NCBI GenBank assembly: GCA_041648335.1
Contig: JBAZPG010000004.1
Location: 13,793 to 77,792 of the forward strand
Length of the DNA: 64,000 bases
Reading direction: 5' to 3'
Source of the DNA: Candidatus Micrarchaeia archaeon
Lineage (GTDB): Archaea; Micrarchaeota; Micrarchaeia; Norongarragalinales; Norongarragalinaceae
The first letter of the stretch is position 1. Every line of letters starts with the position of its first letter. Below the pieces are notes generated by a model. The model searched no databases. It had not been told where the DNA came from and saw nothing but the letters and a program-made list of their open reading frames with translations. Shown one piece after another: positions 57,475-64,000 of this stretch. Both the position numbers and the translations under genes were made by a program.

Positions 57475-58101
57475 TTAATTGCTTTCCCGTGACGGACACA
57501 ACGCGCGCACCACGCACTTTCCGCAACGCGGTTTGCGCGCCACGCACACGCGCCTCCCGTGCTCCACGAGCAGCTCGTTCAACGCCCACCATTTGCCGCG
57601 GGGGAAGAGCGCCATCAAGTCGCGTTCGATTCCCGCCTGCGTGTTTCGCAGCGTGAAACCGAGGCGCCGGCTCAACCGCCAGACGTGCGTGTCCACTGCC
57701 ACGCCTTCCACGCGCTGGAACGCGAGCGACAAAACGATGTTCGCCGTCTTGCGCCCGACGCCCGGCAGCGCCACGAGTTCGGACATCGAGCGTGGAACAA
57801 GACCGCCGTGCTTCTCAACTATCGCCTTGGCTGCGCCCTTCAAGTGCCGCGCCTTCTGGCGGTAGTAACCCGTGGAACGCACGAGTTTTTCAAGTTCGCT
57901 CGCATTCGCGCGCGAGAAATCCGCGGGCGTCTTGAAGCGCGCGAACAACGCGGGCATTACTTTGTCGACGCGCGCGTCCGTGCACTGGGCGGATAAAATC
58001 GTTGCGACGAGCAAGTGGAATGCATCCCCCTTGCCGAGGGAAGGCTCGCCGTATTCTTTATCGAGTCGGGCGAGCACCCGCAACGCCTTGGCGCGCTTCA
58101 C
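57475..58101 (-). CDS. nth: endonuclease III
   Basis: Motifs LVATILSAQCTD, LPGVGRKTAN, VDTHV and C.ARKPRC..C.....C. GTG start at 58101 inferred. Confidence 0.95.
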   Translation of the reverse strand: MKRAKALRVLARLDKEYGEPSLGKGDAFHLLVATILSAQCTDARVDKVMPALFARFKTPADFSRANASELEKLVRSTGYYRQKARHLKGAAKAIVEKHGGLVPRSMSELVALPGVGRKTANIVLSLAFQRVEGVAVDTHVWRLSRRLGFTLRNTQAGIERDLMALFPRGKWWALNELLVEHGRRVCVARKPRCGKCVVRALCPSRESN

Positions 58102-58583
58102 CGCTTCTTCCCTTTCCCGAAAGCCAGCCGGATGCGCGCCTTGACTTCCTTCGAGCCGCGGTGCTCGCGCCTGATTTCCGCGAGGCACTTCGCCACGAGG
58201 CGCTTGTTCTTCCAGCGCGCGACTTCCGCGAGCACGGCGTCCAAATCCGTTTTGCTCACCTTGCCCACCAGTTCGACAACGCGGCGCTGGAGTGCGGGGT
58301 CGCTCTTCCCAGCCATCATCGACAACAACGGGAGGATTCTGCTCGACGGCTCGCTGCTCCCGCGTGCGGGGCGCGCGAACTCGAACACGAAAACGGATTC
58401 CACCGGCGTGCCGAGCACGCGGCACAACCGCGCCGCCTGCTCGAGCGAGGGCATGCCGCCCTTGTCGATGCGTTTGGTTTCGCGTTCGGAGACGCCCGCA
58501 GCCGAGGCGAGTTCGGCTATAGCGTATTTTTTCTTTTCGCGTTCCGCGCGCAACAAGCTCTTTTTACCGGTAACCTTCAACAC
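58098..58583 (-). CDS. XRE-type HTH protein
   Basis: LRAEREKK...AELASAAGVS...PSLEQAARLCRVLGTPVESVF. Confidence 0.75.
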   Translation of the reverse strand: MLKVTGKKSLLRAEREKKKYAIAELASAAGVSERETKRIDKGGMPSLEQAARLCRVLGTPVESVFVFEFARPARGSSEPSSRILPLLSMMAGKSDPALQRRVVELVGKVSKTDLDAVLAEVARWKNKRLVAKCLAEIRREHRGSKEVKARIRLAFGKGKKR

Positions 58584-58621
58584 GATTTTGCCCCACCGAA
58601 CCCGTAACCGCGGGCGCACTT

Positions 58622-59263
58622 TTAACGCTTTTGACGCGGCTTGATTTTGTTAGCAACCAGTTTCGCCAGTTTGGCGTGGCTCTCCTTGGTTAAGTGTACC
58701 CCGTCTTTCCCGACTTTCAAGCCGCTCGCGTCAACGAACCCGCATTTGTTTTTCTTGGCTATTTTGGAGTAAACTGCGCTCAATCTCTTCGACTTTTCAG
58801 TTCCGCCGGCGTACCTTTCTTTCGTGTAATCAGTTGTTTCATCTATTACCGCGGGCGAGATGATTAGCACTTTCCGTTTTTTAGCCCCGCACTGCGACTT
58901 CCTAGTCAACGCGACTTTCACGAAGTAAGTCTCTAACAGCCCGCCTATTTCTTCGGGTGTGTTGTCGAATTCTTCCTTTAGCTCGGTAGTGCCGAGAAGG
59001 AGTATTACCCATTCGAGCGGGTCATGAGAGTCCAAGCAGGGAACGAAATAATCGCTTCCGCGCCTGCCTTCCTTGTTCGGCCGGGCATATACTGAGTGTA
59101 ACGTCCTGCTGTTCAAACCCTCCTCAATTACTTCGAAGTCTGACCCGAGCAGTTTTTTTAATACTTTCGGGAACCTCACTTCTTCAGAAAAACGTTTGAA
59201 CCTAGTGTTTGGAATGCAGCCCCAAACGTTCGAGTCGCCGAAGCAAAGTATTCTAACGGTCAG
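58622..59263 (-). CDS. SGNH/GDSL hydrolase, possibly degenerate (CTG start, block III GTTE)
   Basis: The frame extends upstream of the ORF-track start to ILCFGDSN. Also EEGLNSRT and DGVH. The only plausible start after GGTGG is CTG at 59263. Confidence 0.7.
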   Translation of the reverse strand: MTVRILCFGDSNVWGCIPNTRFKRFSEEVRFPKVLKKLLGSDFEVIEEGLNSRTLHSVYARPNKEGRRGSDYFVPCLDSHDPLEWVILLLGTTELKEEFDNTPEEIGGLLETYFVKVALTRKSQCGAKKRKVLIISPAVIDETTDYTKERYAGGTEKSKRLSAVYSKIAKKNKCGFVDASGLKVGKDGVHLTKESHAKLAKLVANKIKPRQKR

Positions 59264-59339
59264 ATCGTTCCACCGAACCCGTAACCCCGCGCTCGTTTTT
59301 AACCGTTCACTTTAAAACCGCGCAGCGGTTAACCGCCTG

Positions 59340-60419
59340 ATGAAAGCGGACAACAAGGGCGTGCTCGTTTATTCACTGGACCCCTCGGTTAAAGGCGTGG
59401 AGCCGCGCGCGCGCTTCGAGCGCACCAAACGCTTCGACAGCCGCTTTACCCTCGCGAAACAATACGACGGCGGCGCCCCGGCGTTCGAGAAGGGCTGGCT
59501 TTACTCGTTCGTGGGCGGCGAAGAAGCGAGCGGTTTCATCGCGCTCGGCTTCGACGGCTCGAACTCGTTCCTGTTCAACGAGCTCCGCGCGAACGGGAAG
59601 ACTTTCCGTTTGGGCGAGGGTTTGCACGCGGCGCGCTTTGACTCCCGCCGCGGCAGTGCGCGCATACGCGAGCCCGGCGTCGAGTTGGATTGGAGCGGGG
59701 CAAACGCTTGTTACCGCGTGCGCTTCAAGTGCCGCAAGGATGCTAACGAGCTAGAACTCGTTTATTCGTTCAAGAGGATTAAGCAATCAATCGGGGGCTA
59801 CCGCGCGGTTTTCGAGGAGTACGGCGGGGTACTGGGTTACTTTATTTTCTCGCCGTGCCACGGGAAACTCGAAATCAAGGTGAAGGGGGACGCCGAGGTT
59901 TTCTCGAAGGGTTTGTCCTGCCTCGCGAACAAAACCGTCGAATCGGATTTCGCCTATTGCGAGAACGTGCGTTCCCTCGTGCCTTTCGCCTCGATGGGTT
60001 GGCATTGGACGCTGTTGTGCTGCCGCGACCCAGCCGGGCGTCCGGAGAAAATCGTTGGTTTCATGGACATGTTCTTCGGGAAGGCGCCCGGCATCCCGCT
60101 CAACTTGCAATTGTATTCGGTGGACTTGGCTACGGGGCGTCTTGACGTGTATGGCAACCCCCGTGTGCGTTACTCGCACGGCGCGATTCCCTCGTTGGCA
60201 GTTGAAAGCAGGGATAAGGCGCTCTCGCTCGCGGTCCGCAAGGTGAACGCGGGCGCCGAACAGGAAATCCGCGGGAAAAAACTCGCGGGCGTCCTGGAGA
60301 CCGCGGACATCGATTACCGCGCCTACCCCTCGAAGGGCGTCGTGAAATTCAACGGCAAACGGCGCGCCGCGACGGGCACGAGCGAGTATGCGGGCTTCAG
60401 GAAGGGCTACTGGCTATAA
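59340..60419 (+). CDS. hypothetical beta-barrel protein (tocopherol-cyclase/AttH-like)
   Basis: Aromatic/beta-rich, with YCE...GWHW and a C-terminal G..EY pattern. Confidence 0.5.
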   Translation: MKADNKGVLVYSLDPSVKGVEPRARFERTKRFDSRFTLAKQYDGGAPAFEKGWLYSFVGGEEASGFIALGFDGSNSFLFNELRANGKTFRLGEGLHAARFDSRRGSARIREPGVELDWSGANACYRVRFKCRKDANELELVYSFKRIKQSIGGYRAVFEEYGGVLGYFIFSPCHGKLEIKVKGDAEVFSKGLSCLANKTVESDFAYCENVRSLVPFASMGWHWTLLCCRDPAGRPEKIVGFMDMFFGKAPGIPLNLQLYSVDLATGRLDVYGNPRVRYSHGAIPSLAVESRDKALSLAVRKVNAGAEQEIRGKKLAGVLETADIDYRAYPSKGVVKFNGKRRAATGTSEYAGFRKGYWL

Positions 60420-60446
60420 ATAAGCCGCGTGCCCAGTTGAATCCAG

Positions 60447-61301
60447 GTGTCTGTTTTGCTTTTGTCACGGGTTGAAGGGGAACGCGCGCGTCCGACAAGT
60501 AGTCCTGTTTTTTCTAAAATTTACAAAGACAGGCTGGACGAGCACCTGAACCAGCAAATGAGTGGCGTAATCAGCGGTTGGACCCCAAGTCCGCGCGAGC
60601 CGCTAAATTTCCAGACTATTCACGAGGAATTGAAACTGCCCAAAAGTTTATCTGTCCGCGCCGAACAATACTGCATTTGGCGGCTGCGGGGCTACTTGCG
60701 CGGCACGGGAAAACTTCCGGCGTGGTATGCTAAGTTGTCGTCCAAGGCGCGCGCCAGGATTCCGGATGCGGTGCTGTTCGGGTTGCGTGACTCGAAGCAT
60801 CCGAATGCCGTGCGGCTTTTAGGCGAAACGCTGGATCGTGCGGAAGAAATGTTGCCAGTGGACGCGAAAAGCAAGGCTAGCGCCTACAAAAATCTGTGCG
60901 AACGGGTACACTATTTTTTTGCGCGCGGACCCGGCAGGCCTGACGAACGGGGGGATTTGACGAAAACCTCGTTTTCCGTGTTATCCAAGTTAACCGAACA
61001 CAAAGAACCCACAATCCGTTTTGAAGCCAAAGAAATAATACGAATGATTGCCGCCCATCATCCGAAAATTCAACAAAGCTTGCCTAATTTGTTCGACCTG
61101 ATTGCGGGAACGCCCTATAGCCATACTACCGAGCCTCACATTGTTTCCCGCAACAATATCGTGCACTCACCAGAATACAATAAAATATTGTTAGCCGCGT
61201 TAAGAGAGGTAACCCTCGAAGGCGAGGTTTCCGAAGATACGCACATATTGGAAGCCCGTTTCAACAAAAAAGTTTTGCACGCGCACGGGCTACTCAACTA
61301 G
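60447..61301 (+). CDS. hypothetical helical protein (AT-richer orphan)
   Basis: 284-aa ORF with HEAT-like segments (HKEPTIRFEA). Confidence 0.55.
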   Translation: MSVLLLSRVEGERARPTSSPVFSKIYKDRLDEHLNQQMSGVISGWTPSPREPLNFQTIHEELKLPKSLSVRAEQYCIWRLRGYLRGTGKLPAWYAKLSSKARARIPDAVLFGLRDSKHPNAVRLLGETLDRAEEMLPVDAKSKASAYKNLCERVHYFFARGPGRPDERGDLTKTSFSVLSKLTEHKEPTIRFEAKEIIRMIAAHHPKIQQSLPNLFDLIAGTPYSHTTEPHIVSRNNIVHSPEYNKILLAALREVTLEGEVSEDTHILEARFNKKVLHAHGLLN

Positions 61302-61317
61302 TAACCGGGGCCTGCGT

Positions 61318-62139
61318 TCAACGCCGCTTGGGCGCGGGGCGCTTGCCTTTCTTCAACAATGCCGCGGCAGCCGTCCAGTCGCCCGGATGCCACGGGGTCC
61401 CTGCGCGCGTTCCCCGCATATATAAGTCGCCTGTTTCGCGCGGGTTCTTCACAGGGTTGAACATCTTTAACACGCGGTTCAACGGGTGCCCCCTCGGGAG
61501 GGCGTCAGCAAACTCGAATAAATTGTGCGCGGCTTTCGAACGGACCGCGGGGTTCGCGTGCCGCAAACCCGCGCTTCCCAGCAACTTCAAAATCGCGGCG
61601 TGCGCTTCCGCTTCGGGCAACGGCGTTTCCCTTGGCTCGGGGGCAACCGCCTGCGTTGCACGCTCTTTAATTCGTTTGACTATTTGTTTTCGCGCTTCCT
61701 CGATTGCGGAGCGCGCCTCGTCCGCCTCGCCTTCTTTCGGAGTCAGGTAACCCAAGTGTTCGGGTTTGTGCCCCAATTCGCCGAGCGCTTGCGCGAGTAT
61801 GCCCCGCGTGTCCTCGCTGAACGGGTGGGTCGCGCGGAACAACTCCCCGATTTTGTCCGTCAAGCCGCGCGCCTTGTTCTCCGCTGCAGCGCGGGCGAAG
61901 GTCTCCCTGACCCCGCGGTTGCTGTCATTCAAGCCGCGTTCGATGACTCCCACGGCGTAAGGGTGCGGACGGTTGATTAACGCTAAACCCACGGCTTCCC
62001 GCACCGCTGGGTCCGGGTGCTCCACGAAGCGCGCGATGCGTTCGACGAACCGGCCGTTGTCCTCCTCCTGCCGGGATACCAGCTCGATTCGTTTCAATGC
62101 TTTTGCAGTGTGCGGCGTTCCAGTCGGCATGCTTTTCAC
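61318..62139 (-). CDS. HEAT-repeat protein
   Basis: HPDPAVREAV, DSNRGVRETFA and HANPAVRSKAA. Confidence 0.7.
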   Translation of the reverse strand: MKSMPTGTPHTAKALKRIELVSRQEEDNGRFVERIARFVEHPDPAVREAVGLALINRPHPYAVGVIERGLNDSNRGVRETFARAAAENKARGLTDKIGELFRATHPFSEDTRGILAQALGELGHKPEHLGYLTPKEGEADEARSAIEEARKQIVKRIKERATQAVAPEPRETPLPEAEAHAAILKLLGSAGLRHANPAVRSKAAHNLFEFADALPRGHPLNRVLKMFNPVKNPRETGDLYMRGTRAGTPWHPGDWTAAAALLKKGKRPAPKRR

Positions 62140-62339
62140 TCCTTCAACGCATTCAGTTTAACTACGAGGGTGCTTATCTGCTTCCCGTTCAACCCGTGCG
62201 CCAAGCATCCTTCTTCAAGGGTTTCGCCGCGCGCCATCGCGCAACCAACGCACCCGAGCCCGGCTTCGGCGAGGAGGCGTGCCCCATCCAGTCCCGTTAC
62301 CTCGAGCACTTTTGAAATCAGCCAGTTCTTTTCAACCAT
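62136..62339 (-). CDS. DUF1858 family protein
   Basis: Motif GLGCVGCAMARGETLEEGCLAHG. Confidence 0.85.
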   Translation of the reverse strand: MVEKNWLISKVLEVTGLDGARLLAEAGLGCVGCAMARGETLEEGCLAHGLNGKQISTLVVKLNALKE

Positions 62340-62402
62340 TTCGATTAACCCAATTCGGGCGTTCCGGTTATTTAACTTCACTCGCGGCTCGTTAAATTTG
62401 TT

Positions 62403-62852
62403 TTACTCGGGTTTGAGGTTGCCTTCGAGTGCCTTGAGTTGTTTCGCGGTGGTGGTGATCCAGGCGGGTGGTTGCCCGAGGTGCTCGCCTTTCACTAGTG
62501 CTTGGTAAAACGTGATGAATGCTTTCGGGTTGTCGACAGGGTTTACGTGTTGGCGGGCGATTACTGCCAGGTTATCGGGGTGCTCGTTCTTGATTGCTTC
62601 AGCAATTGCACCGATTGCTCGAGCGGCGTAATCGCGCACAAGTGAGTCAGGGTCGTTTATTCCTTTTTCTGGTGCGGTTAATGGTTCGAGTCCGTCGTAG
62701 TGTCCTATTGCGCCGATTACTGCGGCAGCGTTTGCACGTATTACCGCCCACCGTTCGTTATTTGTATCGGAGTAGCTTAATTTTTTTACCTCGCTTTGAA
62801 ATCGCTCGTATTGCGAGTGCCCGGGTTCCATTGGTCGGATGCGGGGAGTCAT
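62403..62852 (-). CDS. HEAT-repeat paralog 3 of tandem array
   Basis: GINDPDSLVRDYAARAIGAI, with C-terminal GEHLGQPPAWITTTAKQLKALEGNLK. Confidence 0.75.
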   Translation of the reverse strand: MTPRIRPMEPGHSQYERFQSEVKKLSYSDTNNERWAVIRANAAAVIGAIGHYDGLEPLTAPEKGINDPDSLVRDYAARAIGAIAEAIKNEHPDNLAVIARQHVNPVDNPKAFITFYQALVKGEHLGQPPAWITTTAKQLKALEGNLKPE

Positions 62853-63493
62853 TTCAGGTTGCCTTCCAACGCTTTCAGTTGTTTCGCGTAAGTAGTAATC
62901 CAGGCGGGCGGTTGCCCGAGGTGCTCGCCGTTCATTAGTGCTTGGTAAAACTTGAAGAAGGCTTTCCAGTGTTCGTTGGGGTTGATGTGGTTCGCGGCGA
63001 TTGCGAGAATGTGGTCGGGATGAGTTATCTTAATTTTTTCGGCGATTGTAATGAGTGCCAGACGGAGGTTCTCAAGTATGCCCTGATTGTATGGTTCGTT
63101 TAAGGCAAAGTGTATGTTTAGTTTTTCGGTTATGACGGGTATTACATTGATTACTAGTTTGTTATTGGGCTGTTCTGTGCTGGTTTTTTCTAATATTTCT
63201 CTGAGCGCATCCGTAGCGATGGCGCGTACTTGATAATCTGAATCGTTTATTCCTTGTTCTTTGGCGGTTAGAAGGGGTATCATATCTGGGTGTCCGATGT
63301 CCCTGAATTTTATTATGGCTGCCGTGCGTTTTTTCCTATCTAGTTCCTCTACCCATTTTATTGCGGCTGCCGCGTCGGCTGCCGTGCGCGTTTTCCAGAC
63401 GTCGTGGTAAGTTAAGTCCATCCTCGCCTTTTGGAAGGCATTGTATTGTGGGTGTTCGCGGTCCATTGGTTGGATGCTTGGTGCGGGTTTCAT
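62849..63493 (-). CDS. HEAT-repeat paralog 2 of tandem array
   Basis: ATG at 63493 overlaps the upstream TGA. GINDSDYQVRAIA and the same C-terminal block. Confidence 0.75.
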   Translation of the reverse strand: MKPAPSIQPMDREHPQYNAFQKARMDLTYHDVWKTRTAADAAAAIKWVEELDRKKRTAAIIKFRDIGHPDMIPLLTAKEQGINDSDYQVRAIATDALREILEKTSTEQPNNKLVINVIPVITEKLNIHFALNEPYNQGILENLRLALITIAEKIKITHPDHILAIAANHINPNEHWKAFFKFYQALMNGEHLGQPPAWITTYAKQLKALEGNLK

Positions 63494-64000
63494 TTTAGGT
63501 TGCCTTCCAGCGCTTTCAGTTGTTTCGCGGTGGTGGTGAGCCAAGCGGGCGGTTGCCCGCGGTGCTCGCCTTTCGCTAGTGACTCGTAAAATTTGCTGAA
63601 TGCTTTCGGGTTGTCGATGGGGTTAATGTGTTGGCGGGCGATTACCGCGTGGTGTTCGGGTTGCTCGTCCTTGATTGCTTCAATGATTGCGTTGATTGCT
63701 TTGGCCGCGTATTCGCGCGTCGTTCCATCTAATTCGTAGTTTATTGCTTTTTCGATTAGCGGTTTGATTCCATCTGGGTGACCGATTTTGCCGATTGCTT
63801 GGACGATTTTCCAGCGCACAGCGGTGTATGGCTCGTTTAGTGCTTTTTCTAGTGGTTTGATTCCGGCCGGGTGTCCTATTCTGTCGATTGTTTCGACGCC
63901 TTCCTCGCGGATATATGCTTCGGGGTGGCTTAATTTTTCTACCGCACTTTGGAATCGCTCGTATTGCGGGTGTCCGGGTTTCATCGGTTGAATTTCTTTG
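63490..64000 (-). CDS. HEAT-repeat paralog 1 of tandem array (5' end probably outside window)
   Basis: Frame is open to the window edge (KEIQPMKPGHPQY). Two IGHP.GIKPL HEAT units and the same C-terminal block. Confidence 0.75.
   Translation of the reverse strand, partial: KEIQPMKPGHPQYERFQSAVEKLSHPEAYIREEGVETIDRIGHPAGIKPLEKALNEPYTAVRWKIVQAIGKIGHPDGIKPLIEKAINYELDGTTREYAAKAINAIIEAIKDEQPEHHAVIARQHINPIDNPKAFSKFYESLAKGEHRGQPPAWLTTTAKQLKALEGNLK

Noticed and set aside
57133..57492. 119-aa ORF with an internal repeat
   Set aside because: It is the antisense translation of tRNA-Gln and its duplicated 3' flank.
62403..63984. Diversity-generating retroelement TR/VR pairs
   Set aside because: Differences between copies include many synonymous and non-adenine changes, all copies are coding, and no reverse transcriptase is in the window.

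Overview
This is an archaeal chromosomal segment. It has an ATP-dependent ligase, archaeal PheRS, a DGGGP synthase, deoxyhypusine synthase, TATA-like TTTA(A/T)A promoters and an A1-U72 tRNA-Gln. Gene content and giant prealbumin-fold surface proteins suggest a DPANN lineage such as Micrarchaeota (inference). Most of it is a GC-rich housekeeping backbone (lig, rtcB, smc, glmU/glmM, dcd, pheS/T, porDAB, nth) interrupted by AT-richer inserts. Main observations: (1) rtcB, the RNA-splicing ligase gene, is broken in its PDGHxGY|GFPIGG motif by a 30-nt stop-containing insert that folds into a canonical bulge-helix-bulge (BHB). This is a predicted mRNA intron whose removal would need RtcB activity, and it lies 83 nt from a LAGLIDADG intein at the catalytic Cys. 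(2) A tRNA has an Asp (GUC) anticodon on a class II, Leu-like body with a long variable arm and A73, and is preceded by a degenerate copy of its 5' half. (3) A C/D box sRNA aims at 16S position 1402, and its 3' end appears to have been an integration site. (4) An AT-rich defence island carries four tandem coiled-coil-HTH genes, an HTH-Swt1/HEPN gene and a Dam-type RM module. (5) A translationally coupled array of HEAT-repeat paralogs runs off the right edge. All calls are by eye from sequence and motifs; no database searches were run.
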